Source of the DNA: Lachnospiraceae bacterium
GTDB taxonomy: Bacteria; Bacillota; Clostridia; Lachnospirales; Lachnospiraceae
NCBI GenBank assembly: GCA_024683155.1
Contig: JAIKYN010000036.1
Span: forward strand, 1 to 49,470
Direction: 5' to 3'
Length of the DNA: 49,470 nt
Positions 34,667 through 43,134 of this stretch are shown one piece after another. A model generated the notes under the pieces. It ran no database searches, was not told the origin of the DNA, and saw only the letters and a program-made list of their open reading frames with translations. The translations under genes were made by a program, and so were the position numbers. Position 1 is the stretch's first letter; the number at the start of each line of letters is the position of its first letter.

Positions 34667-34843
34667 GTTTTTTATCCTTTCAATATCAAAAAACGCTCTC
34701 TCCCATTACTTCGCAACAAGAAATCAGCGCTTTCCCTTGTACTCGAATAGTATACTCAATTCAAGATTGCTTTTCAAGTACGCTTTATGTTACCGTATCC
34801 TTACAAAAGGCTCTAAACAAAAGATTTTCAAGAGGTTGAACCC

Positions 34844-35161
34844 ATGACAGAAGAACGTAACACAAAGAAAAAACCCACTATGAAGCAGATCGCAGCCATT
34901 GTGTGCATCGTGATCCTGGTCTTACTGTACATCGTTACCCTGATCGCCGCCATCTTTGATCGCAGTGCGGGCATGCGCATGTTCAGCGGTTGCCTGGTAG
35001 CCACCATCGGCCTTCCCATTTTGCTCTGGATCTATCTGCTCTGCTACGGATACTATACCAAAAAGCACACCATTGCAGACCTGGATATCCTCCGGAACAC
35101 CAATCTTGCTTCTTCCAAAGAGGAGCCGGAAAATGATCCCGACTCCACAAATGATCTATGA
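34844..35161 (+). CDS. Small two-TM membrane protein
   Basis: Two hydrophobic helices (IAAIVCIVILVLLYIVTLIAAIF, LVATIGLPILLWIYLLCYGYY) and an acidic tail. AGAGG RBS. Confidence 0.6.
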   Translation: MTEERNTKKKPTMKQIAAIVCIVILVLLYIVTLIAAIFDRSAGMRMFSGCLVATIGLPILLWIYLLCYGYYTKKHTIADLDILRNTNLASSKEEPENDPDSTNDL

Positions 35162-35163
35162 TC

Positions 35164-36462
35164 TTATAAAGTAGCGCCCTGCCGGGTTAACAGCTTTTCC
35201 ACGCTGACCAGTTTCACGCAGACGGTAAGCAGCTCGGCGGCTACTTTCAGATCTTCCGCAGGCGGGAAGGACGGAGCGATCCGGATATTGGCATCCTTAG
35301 GATCCTTGCCGCCGGGATAGGTCGCTCCTGCAGGAGTCATTACCACACCCGCCTTGGCGCATCTGGATACTACCTGCTTTGCGCAGCCATCCAGGGTGTT
35401 AAAGGAAATAAAATAGCCTCCCTTGGGCTTGGTCCAGGTGGCAATGCCCAGTCCGGACAATTCTCTGTCCAGAATCTCCAGAACCGCTTCAAACTTAGGT
35501 CTTAAAATATCCGCATGCTTGCGCATGTGTTCCTTCATGCCGTTAATATCCCCGAAGAAACGCACATGACGCAGCTGATTTACCTTATCATGTCCGATGG
35601 TCTGGATCTTCAGCTGCTTTTTAATATCTTCCAGATTGTTCAGAGATGTTGCCAGGCAGGCAATACCGGAGCCGGGGAAACTTACCTTGGACGTGGAAGC
35701 AAACTTATAAACCATATCCGGATTGCCGGCTTTCTTACACTCTGCCAGGATCTCGATGAGCTGATCCTGATCGTCGTCATACAGATGGTGGATGGTATAT
35801 GCATTGTCCCAGTAAATACGGAAATCCTTGGCTGCCGGCTTTAATCTTGCAAACCGTCGTACCACTTCATCGGAATAGGAATTGCCGGTGGGATTGGAAT
35901 ACTTGGGTACACACCAGATACCTTTGATGCTCTCATCGGAAGATACCAGCTGTTCTACCATATCCATATCCGGTCCGTCTTCCAGCATGGGAACGCACAC
36001 ATTCTCAATGCCGAAATACTGGGTGATGGCAAAATGACGGTCATACCCGGGAACCACGCAGATAAACTTTACCTGATCCAGCTTGCACCAGGGGGTCTGT
36101 CCCATAACACCGTGGGTATAGGAACGGGAAATGGTGTCATACATAACGTTCAAAGAGGAATTACCGTAGATCAGCAGATTATCTGCAGGAACTTCCATCA
36201 TGGCACCCATAAGCTCTTTGGCTTCGGGAATACCATCCAGCACACCGTAGTTGCGGCAGTCGGTTCCGTCTTCGTCTGTAAGATCCGCATCACTGGTCAG
36301 CACATCCATCATACCCATGGAAATGTCCAGCTGGTCCACACAGGGCTTACCGCGGCTCATATTGAGGTTCAGTTCTCTGTCCTGGAACTCCTTGTATTTT
36401 GCGGTAAGATCCTTCCGCAGTTCCTGTAATTCTTCCACGCTTAATTCCGTGTACGCTTTCAT
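35164..36462 (-). CDS. PLP-dependent aminotransferase (class I/II fold)
   Basis: 432 aa. Motifs NLNMSRGKP, YGNSSLN and FASTSKVSFPGSG (candidate PLP lysine), and ANIRIAPSFP. Confidence 0.85.
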   Translation of the reverse strand: MKAYTELSVEELQELRKDLTAKYKEFQDRELNLNMSRGKPCVDQLDISMGMMDVLTSDADLTDEDGTDCRNYGVLDGIPEAKELMGAMMEVPADNLLIYGNSSLNVMYDTISRSYTHGVMGQTPWCKLDQVKFICVVPGYDRHFAITQYFGIENVCVPMLEDGPDMDMVEQLVSSDESIKGIWCVPKYSNPTGNSYSDEVVRRFARLKPAAKDFRIYWDNAYTIHHLYDDDQDQLIEILAECKKAGNPDMVYKFASTSKVSFPGSGIACLATSLNNLEDIKKQLKIQTIGHDKVNQLRHVRFFGDINGMKEHMRKHADILRPKFEAVLEILDRELSGLGIATWTKPKGGYFISFNTLDGCAKQVVSRCAKAGVVMTPAGATYPGGKDPKDANIRIAPSFPPAEDLKVAAELLTVCVKLVSVEKLLTRQGATL

Positions 36463-36480
36463 AAACTCCTCCTTAGCATC

Positions 36481-37104
36481 TTATGCTCTTCCGGATCCGG
36501 AAAGCATCCGCTCCAGATCCCGGTCCACCTGTTCCTTTGTCATAAAAGGGATGGTATGAATCCCCATATTCTCTGCTGCAGGCAGATTCCGGGGCGTATC
36601 ATCAATAAACACACATTCATCGGCCACCAGATCATAACGGTCCAGCAGCAGCTTATAGATCTCAGGATAGGGCTTGATCACCTTATCCCGGAAGGAAAGG
36701 ATGCCACCGTCTGTCTCTTTTAAAAAGGACAGCGCATCGGCACATTCGTAGTAAGCTTTCTCCGAAAAATTGGACAGTACAAAGACCTTATAGCCCCGTT
36801 TTTTCAGGCTGCGGATCCAGGGAATGGCATACTCCCTTTTGACCACCAGATCGGTAACATCCGCAAAGGTCTCACGGATCTCCTTCTCGATCCCCGGATC
36901 ATTCTCCACAAAATGATCCATCAGTTCTTCAAAGCTCCAGACGCCCCGGTCAAATTCATGCCAGTCTTCGTCTTCCACCGTGGCTTTGCCGATCCGCTTT
37001 CCGATCTCCGGAGCATAGCCTCTGTCTTTTATAAAATCCTGCCACCGAAAATCAGTGAGCACGTTTCCGATATCAAAAATAATATTCCTGATCAATGCTT
37101 CCAT
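36481..37104 (-). CDS. HAD-IA family hydrolase
   Basis: Motif I IIFDIGNVL, motif II VLSNFS, motif III/IV FIDDTPRNL. Confidence 0.85.
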   Translation of the reverse strand: MEALIRNIIFDIGNVLTDFRWQDFIKDRGYAPEIGKRIGKATVEDEDWHEFDRGVWSFEELMDHFVENDPGIEKEIRETFADVTDLVVKREYAIPWIRSLKKRGYKVFVLSNFSEKAYYECADALSFLKETDGGILSFRDKVIKPYPEIYKLLLDRYDLVADECVFIDDTPRNLPAAENMGIHTIPFMTKEQVDRDLERMLSGSGRA

Positions 37105-38008
37105 CTCCGTCTGTGATCATCATTCCGTTATAGATCAGATCCAGCAGATTACGGGCCGCTTCCGACAACGGATTGCGGTTGTCCGTGATCACACAGAACT
37201 GCCGCTTGGGGATCATCTTATTGAACCGCAGTTCAAACAGCTTACCGCTGGAGAGCTGTTCCGATGCAAATTCCTTCATCACCGAGCCGATGCCCAGATT
37301 GCGAAGGGCAAACTGTACGATCATATCACTGGTGGAAAGTTCGAATTCCGGATGGATCACCACGCCGTTGGAATCCAGGAACTGATCCATATACCGTCTG
37401 GTACTGGTATTTTGTTCCAGGGAAATGAGCGGCAGATGTTCTAGCTCCTGGAAGTCCAGCGTTTTATTTTTGTACTGCATAAAACGTCTTCCCGCCACAA
37501 ATACATCCTCGATCTCCCGCACCTTCACCGCGCTGATATTGTCTCCCGCTTCAAAGGGTGTGCTGACCACACCGAAATCGATCTTGCCTTCCTGCAGGAA
37601 CCGGATCGTCTCCGGCGTAGGCGCGTTGGAAACAATCGCCTTAATGGAAGGGTGGGATTCGTGGAACTTCTCAAGATAAGGAAGAAGGAAGAAACGAAGG
37701 GTCATGTCACTGGCCCCGATACGGATCTCTCCGATGTCCAGGTTCAGCATCTGCCCCAGCTTCTGCTCTCCCATTTCAAACTGCTCGTATCCCTTGGATA
37801 CATAAGAATACAGCAGTTCCCCCTCTGCCGTCAGACGGATGCCTTTGGTAGAGCGGGAAAATAATTTGGTACCCAGGCTGGTCTCCAGCTGTTTCATGGA
37901 CTGGCTCACCGCGGGTTGGGATATATTCAGCTGTACGGCAGCCTCTGTGAGACTGCCGTAGCGAGCTACATAATAAAAGACTTTATAGTATTCCAGATTG
38001 TTCAACAT
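37073..38008 (-). CDS. LysR-family transcriptional regulator
   Basis: N-terminal wHTH YKVFYYVARYGSLTEAAVQLNISQPAVSQSMKQLE and a LysR substrate-binding domain. Confidence 0.92.
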   Translation of the reverse strand: MLNNLEYYKVFYYVARYGSLTEAAVQLNISQPAVSQSMKQLETSLGTKLFSRSTKGIRLTAEGELLYSYVSKGYEQFEMGEQKLGQMLNLDIGEIRIGASDMTLRFFLLPYLEKFHESHPSIKAIVSNAPTPETIRFLQEGKIDFGVVSTPFEAGDNISAVKVREIEDVFVAGRRFMQYKNKTLDFQELEHLPLISLEQNTSTRRYMDQFLDSNGVVIHPEFELSTSDMIVQFALRNLGIGSVMKEFASEQLSSGKLFELRFNKMIPKRQFCVITDNRNPLSEAARNLLDLIYNGMMITDGDGSIDQEYYF

Positions 38009-38048
38009 GTCGCTGTCTCCTCATACAGAAACGGCACGTCGCCCATCA

Positions 38049-39344
38049 TTATTTCTTCAGGGGACTTTCACGATAAATGATATCACTTCTTCCGGGTCCG
38101 TTACTTACCATGGTGATGGGGTAACCGATCTGCTCCTCGATGAATTCCACATACTTGCGGCAGTTCTCGGGAAGATCCTCATATTTCTTAATGCCGCGGA
38201 TCTCGCATTTCCATCCGGGAAGGGTCTTATATACCGGCTTCGCCTTGGCAAGCTGTGTGGTTACGGGGAAATCGGTGGTCACGGTTCCGTCCACATCGTA
38301 CCCTACGCAAACCGGGATCTCATCCAGATAGCCCAGAACATCCAGTACCGTAAAAGCAACATCGGTGGTTCCCTGCAGTCTGCAACCGTACTTGGAAGCT
38401 ACGCAGTCAAACCATCCCATTCTTCTGGGACGACCGGTGGTTGCGCCGTACTCTCCGCCGTCACCGCCGCGTCTTCTAAGCTCATCGGCTTCCTGTGCAT
38501 CTTCGATCTCGGATACGAAAAGGCCGGCTCCTACTGCAGAAGAATAAGCCTTGCAAACCGTTACGATCTGCTTGATCTCATAAGGCGGAAGACCTGCTCC
38601 GATGGCACCGTAGGCTGCCAGTGTGGAGGAAGAGGTAACCATGGGATAGATACCGTGATCGGGATCCTTCAGGGTTCCCAGCTGACCTTCCAAAAGGACG
38701 GTCTTGCCTTCCTTCAGCGCTTTATCCAGATATAAGGAAACATCGCATACGTAAGGCTCTACCATGGTGCGATATTCCTTCAGGGTATTCATTAATTCTT
38801 CCACATCCAGTAAAGGCTTGTGATACAGATGCTCTAACAGGATGTTCTTGGTGACCACAACCCGCTCCAGTTTCTCTCTGAGAGCTGCTTCATCAAAGAG
38901 CTCGCTGACCTGGAAACCGATCTTGGCATACTTATCGGAATAGAAAGGCGCGATACCGGACTTGGTGGAACCGAAGCTCTTGCCGGCCAGACGTTCTTCC
39001 TCATACTGATCAAATAAAATATGATAAGGCATTACGATCTGTGCACGATCGGATACCAGGATGTGAGGCATGGGAACATTACGATCCGTAATGGACTTGA
39101 TCTCGTTAAACAGGATCGGGATGTTTAATGCCACACCGTTACCGATGATGCTGGTGGTATGCTGATAAAATACACCGGAAGGAAGGGTATGTAATGCGAA
39201 CTTACCGTAGTTGTTCACAATGGTATGTCCTGCATTGGCACCACCCTGAAAGCGAATGATAATGTCCGCATTCTCTGCCAGCATATCTGTGATCTTTCCT
39301 TTACCTTCGTCGCCCCAGTTGGCGCCGACTACTGCCTTAACCAT
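38049..39344 (-). CDS. purA: Adenylosuccinate synthase
   Basis: GANWGDEGKGK P-loop, GNGVAL, TTGRPRR. Confidence 0.96.
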   Translation of the reverse strand: MVKAVVGANWGDEGKGKITDMLAENADIIIRFQGGANAGHTIVNNYGKFALHTLPSGVFYQHTTSIIGNGVALNIPILFNEIKSITDRNVPMPHILVSDRAQIVMPYHILFDQYEEERLAGKSFGSTKSGIAPFYSDKYAKIGFQVSELFDEAALREKLERVVVTKNILLEHLYHKPLLDVEELMNTLKEYRTMVEPYVCDVSLYLDKALKEGKTVLLEGQLGTLKDPDHGIYPMVTSSSTLAAYGAIGAGLPPYEIKQIVTVCKAYSSAVGAGLFVSEIEDAQEADELRRRGGDGGEYGATTGRPRRMGWFDCVASKYGCRLQGTTDVAFTVLDVLGYLDEIPVCVGYDVDGTVTTDFPVTTQLAKAKPVYKTLPGWKCEIRGIKKYEDLPENCRKYVEFIEEQIGYPITMVSNGPGRSDIIYRESPLKK

Positions 39345-39566
39345 GAAAACCTCCGTTCCGGAGAAAGGTATCTCCCATCTCCCACAAAAAAGGGAGACAG
39401 TCCTGTAAAACCGCTCCCTTGCGTTTTTACTTCATGAGTATACCAAAGGAATACTTATAAGTAAAATCAATATATTTTATGTTATTCATAAGTAGCGCTT
39501 ATAGGAACGGAACATTCCTTTATTTACGGCATTTTCCAGTGCAGCCGTTTCTCCCGTCATGCATCT

Positions 39567-41000
39567 TTATACATTGATGGTGGCGGTTACACCCAGCAGA
39601 TCCTTGTTGGCATCCAGAATGGGCTGTACGGTATTCTTAAGGAAATTCGTGGTCTGCTGCGGCGCATACCCTACATAAAGCTTCGGATCCATGGACTTCA
39701 TCAGGTCCTCTTTCTTAAGACCGAACTTGGGATCGGCTGCGATAAGATCCAGCAGATTATTCTCCAGGCCCTCTTCCTTCACATGCTTGCCTGCTTCCAT
39801 GGAAAGGACACGAATGGCTTCATGGAGTTCCTGACGGTCTCCGCCGGCATTGACCGCATCCATCATGATATTCTCGGTAGCCATGAAAGGAAGCTCTGCC
39901 ATCATATGCTTCTCGATCACCTTGGGATATACCACGAGGCCATCCACCACGTTGAGACACAGATCCAGAATACCGTCCGTTGCCAGGAATCCTTCGGGCA
40001 CGGAAAGCCGCTTGTTGGCGGAATCATCCAGGGTACGCTCAAACCACTGGGTTGAAGATACAATGGCGGGGTTTAATGCGTCTGCGATGACGTAATCGGC
40101 CAGAGAGCAGATTCGCTCGCTTCGCATGGGATTTCTCTTATAAGCCATGGCGGAAGATCCGATCTGTTTCTTCTCGAAGGGTTCTTCCACTTCCTTCAGA
40201 TGCTGCAGCAGACGGATGTCATTGGCCATCTTGTGGGCGCTGGCTGCGATCCCTGCCAGTACGTTCAGTACCCGGGTATCCACCTTACGGGAATAGGTCT
40301 GTCCGGATACGGGATAGCATCCGCTAAAGCCCATCTTTTCCGCGATCATGGGATCCAGACGATCCACCTTGGACGTATCTCCGTGGAACAGTTCCATGAA
40401 AGAAGCCTGGGTTCCGGTGGTTCCCTTACAGCCCAGAAGCTTCATATGATCCAGGGTAAATTCCAGTTCTTCCAGATCCAGTAAGAATTCCTGCATCCAC
40501 AGCGTCGCACGTTTTCCGACGGTGGTGGGCTGTGCGGGCTGGAAATGTGTAAAGGCCAGGGTAGGCTGTGCCTTATATTTATCCGCAAACTTAGAAAGCT
40601 CTGCCAGTACGTTGATCAGCTTCTTACGGACCAGCTTCAGGGCTTCGGTCATTACGATGATGTCGGTATTATCGCCTACATAACAGGAGGTAGCTCCCAG
40701 ATGGATGATCCCCTTGGCACCGGGACACTGCACGCCGTAAGCATATACATGGCTCATAACGTCATGGCGCACTTCCTTCTCCCGGGCGATGGCCACTTCG
40801 TAATTGATATCCTCTGCGTGAGCCTTCAGCTCGGCGATCTGTTCGTCGGTGATGTTAAGACCCAGTTCCTTCTCGGTTTCCGCAAGGGCGATCCACAGTT
40901 TTCTCCAGGTGTGGAACTTCATGTCCTGTGAAAAGATGAACTGCATCTCCTTGCTGGCATAACGCTGGGAAAGCGGGCTTTGATAGATTGCTGTTTCCAT
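39567..41000 (-). CDS. purB: Adenylosuccinate lyase
   Basis: 477 aa. Fumarate-lyase signature GSSAMAYKRNP. Confidence 0.95.
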   Translation of the reverse strand: METAIYQSPLSQRYASKEMQFIFSQDMKFHTWRKLWIALAETEKELGLNITDEQIAELKAHAEDINYEVAIAREKEVRHDVMSHVYAYGVQCPGAKGIIHLGATSCYVGDNTDIIVMTEALKLVRKKLINVLAELSKFADKYKAQPTLAFTHFQPAQPTTVGKRATLWMQEFLLDLEELEFTLDHMKLLGCKGTTGTQASFMELFHGDTSKVDRLDPMIAEKMGFSGCYPVSGQTYSRKVDTRVLNVLAGIAASAHKMANDIRLLQHLKEVEEPFEKKQIGSSAMAYKRNPMRSERICSLADYVIADALNPAIVSSTQWFERTLDDSANKRLSVPEGFLATDGILDLCLNVVDGLVVYPKVIEKHMMAELPFMATENIMMDAVNAGGDRQELHEAIRVLSMEAGKHVKEEGLENNLLDLIAADPKFGLKKEDLMKSMDPKLYVGYAPQQTTNFLKNTVQPILDANKDLLGVTATINV

Positions 41001-41100
41001 TGTATTCTCCTGTCTGAATCAGGGAAATGTCCGGCTTTTTCCGGCCACTCCGATATTTTTACGCTCCATTACAAATGATACGTGAGGTGCTTTTGCAAAA

Positions 41101-42291
41101 TCAATGGTATTTTTCTCTGATTTCATCTGCATATTGCGGATAAGATACAAGCAGATTGTCTAATTCGGATCTTGTCATCTCCAGCGTCGCCTTGTTGTAA
41201 TCCATCTGCTTGCGCAGTTCCTGACGCTGCAGGATCAGACGATGGCGGATCTCCACCATTTCCCGGTTGTCGAAGATGGCCTGGGCCTGGTGGATCCAGA
41301 TCTCCGGTGTCTTTACCCGGTATCTTCGAAGCAGCTGCACCAGAAGGGACTTGTACCGGTTCAGGTCATCCTCCATCTCCATGAAATGCTGGCGCTCTTC
41401 CTTTTCTTCCAGATACTTTTTATACATCCGCTCAAACTGCTGCCCGTTCTTCACTTTATACTTCAGGCACAGATAGTCGATGAGGTTCTTATTGTTCACA
41501 TAGCGGATCTTCACCGTATTTTGCAGACCGATGAGACGGTTGATGGTATTCTCCACCCGGCGAAGCTCCTTTTTGGCATCCATATAGCGGGCAAACAAAA
41601 AAGCCGTGACCACAGCCGCTGCTGCCGCTGTAAGCATATATCCCAGCTGGGTATCCAGATGAAACGCCATCTGCAGGATCACCAGCATCACAAAGCAGAC
41701 CATCAGGGCTACCAGACAGATCATGGCCATTCCCTTATAATTGGCCATATCCCTCTGCAGCTCCCGTCTGCGGTACTGATAGGCACTTCTTTCTCCGTCC
41801 AGGCGGCGCAGATCCTTCCGGATCTTCTCATGGTACTCTTCCGCTCCTTTTAATTTAGCGATGCCTTCCTCCGCTTCTTCACCGATGCGTTCCATGGCTT
41901 CAAACTGATCATCGGGAAGGCGGTCCTTCTTCTCTCTGTATTTTACCCGGTCTACCTGAAGATTCTCGATCTTCAGAGCATAGGAACAGAGCTCCGTCTT
42001 ATCTTCCGGAGGAAGGGACTCGATCTCCTCCATATCCGTTAAAAGGGAGGTGACCCGGGCATATTCTTCTTCCAGGCGCTCTAACTCCGCGCCGGCTTCT
42101 TCCACCCTTGCCACGCAATTGTCCACGTAGTCTCCCCGTTGCATGGGATTGTGCATATCCAACTTGCGCTGGCGCACCGGGATCAGCTGTTCCGGATTTT
42201 TGACCAGTTCTTCTTCAGAGCTTAGCTCCTCGGGAGCATCCAGGTCTTCTTCTGTCATCTTACGTCGGAAAAAATCAAAAAATCGACTCAT
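41101..42291 (-). CDS. Unknown: coiled-coil protein with a central two-helix membrane hairpin (gene 4 of the operon)
   Basis: 396 aa. Acidic, heptad-rich N-terminal 185 aa. TM1 at about 188-209 (MAMICLVALMVCFVMLVILQMAF) and TM2 at about 217-235 (GYMLTAAAAAVVTAFLFARY). Basic helical C-terminal 160 aa. Start is 3 nt after the upstream stop. Confidence 0.85.
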   Translation of the reverse strand: MSRFFDFFRRKMTEEDLDAPEELSSEEELVKNPEQLIPVRQRKLDMHNPMQRGDYVDNCVARVEEAGAELERLEEEYARVTSLLTDMEEIESLPPEDKTELCSYALKIENLQVDRVKYREKKDRLPDDQFEAMERIGEEAEEGIAKLKGAEEYHEKIRKDLRRLDGERSAYQYRRRELQRDMANYKGMAMICLVALMVCFVMLVILQMAFHLDTQLGYMLTAAAAAVVTAFLFARYMDAKKELRRVENTINRLIGLQNTVKIRYVNNKNLIDYLCLKYKVKNGQQFERMYKKYLEEKEERQHFMEMEDDLNRYKSLLVQLLRRYRVKTPEIWIHQAQAIFDNREMVEIRHRLILQRQELRKQMDYNKATLEMTRSELDNLLVSYPQYADEIREKYH

Positions 42292-42294
42292 AGG

Positions 42295-43128
42295 TTATGC
42301 CTCGTCCGATGCACTTTCTCGGTAGTCATACTTCAGGTTCTGGATCCGGCGATGGATCTCGTCAAAATAATCGTACTGCTTGCCATCGGTGATCTCTTTG
42401 GTCTTTACATATTCCGGAGAGTAGGTCCAATCCCGCTCCAGGGTGCTCACATCGGCCTCCAGCGCCATGGATGCACGGTTCCATTCGGGATGGGCCGAGA
42501 TAAACCGGATATATTCTTCCGTAGGCGCATACATCCTTACAGCTGCCAGATACGCCTGGATAATGGTCTGATCCTCCGGCAGAAGATCCGCCGCCCGGGC
42601 AAACGCATCCGCCGCTTCCTGATACAGAAACAGGTTAGCCAGGGCCGTTCCCATGTTGCACAGAACATCCCCATGGAACTTCCGGTCTGCATCGGGCATA
42701 TCTCCCAGCAGCTCCTGGTATTCCTCCACCGCACGGATGTACTTCCCTACAGAGAGCATGTAATCCGCATGATGACGGCGTTTCTCATAGGTGGTAAGGC
42801 CGGAGCCCGTCTGCAGGATATTCTCTACATAATTCACCTGCCTGGTATCATAGTTCCCGGTGTAATCCAGGATGATCCCCGCCAGTGCCCCTGCCGAACC
42901 GTTCTGGTTCATCAGCTCGTGAAGACTCTTGGCCAGATCCTTTAATCCCAGAGAATGATCGATCCAGCTGACCAGATCCCGATCCACCAGAGAATCCTCC
43001 AGCACAAAGGCATTCTCACAGATGACATAGCACAGCTCTTCGATGCTGTACACATGAATGTCCGCGTTCTTAACATAATATGGAGTTTGGGCACGGTTCC
43101 CGATGGGAACAAATACTCTTCCTGCCAT
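42295..43128 (-). CDS. Unknown: small alpha/beta N-domain plus TPR-like helical repeats (gene 3 of the operon)
   Basis: 277 aa. TPR-like stretch ADYMLSVGKYIRAVEEYQELLG...CNMGTALANLFLYQEAADAFARAADLLP. Start is 6 nt after the upstream stop. Confidence 0.85.
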   Translation of the reverse strand: MAGRVFVPIGNRAQTPYYVKNADIHVYSIEELCYVICENAFVLEDSLVDRDLVSWIDHSLGLKDLAKSLHELMNQNGSAGALAGIILDYTGNYDTRQVNYVENILQTGSGLTTYEKRRHHADYMLSVGKYIRAVEEYQELLGDMPDADRKFHGDVLCNMGTALANLFLYQEAADAFARAADLLPEDQTIIQAYLAAVRMYAPTEEYIRFISAHPEWNRASMALEADVSTLERDWTYSPEYVKTKEITDGKQYDYFDEIHRRIQNLKYDYRESASDEA

Positions 43129-43134
43129 AGTGCT

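Noticed and set aside
39345-39566. Purine riboswitch or T-box upstream of purA
   Set aside because: I could not find the conserved purine-riboswitch junction and loop sequences or a T-box motif by eye. Only a weak hairpin is present, and it is reported separately at low interest.
41001-41100. Terminator separating the unknown operon from purB
   Set aside because: Only a 4-bp CCGG/CCGG stem is available, with no convincing T-run. I cannot decide from the sequence whether purB is co-transcribed, so no feature is called.
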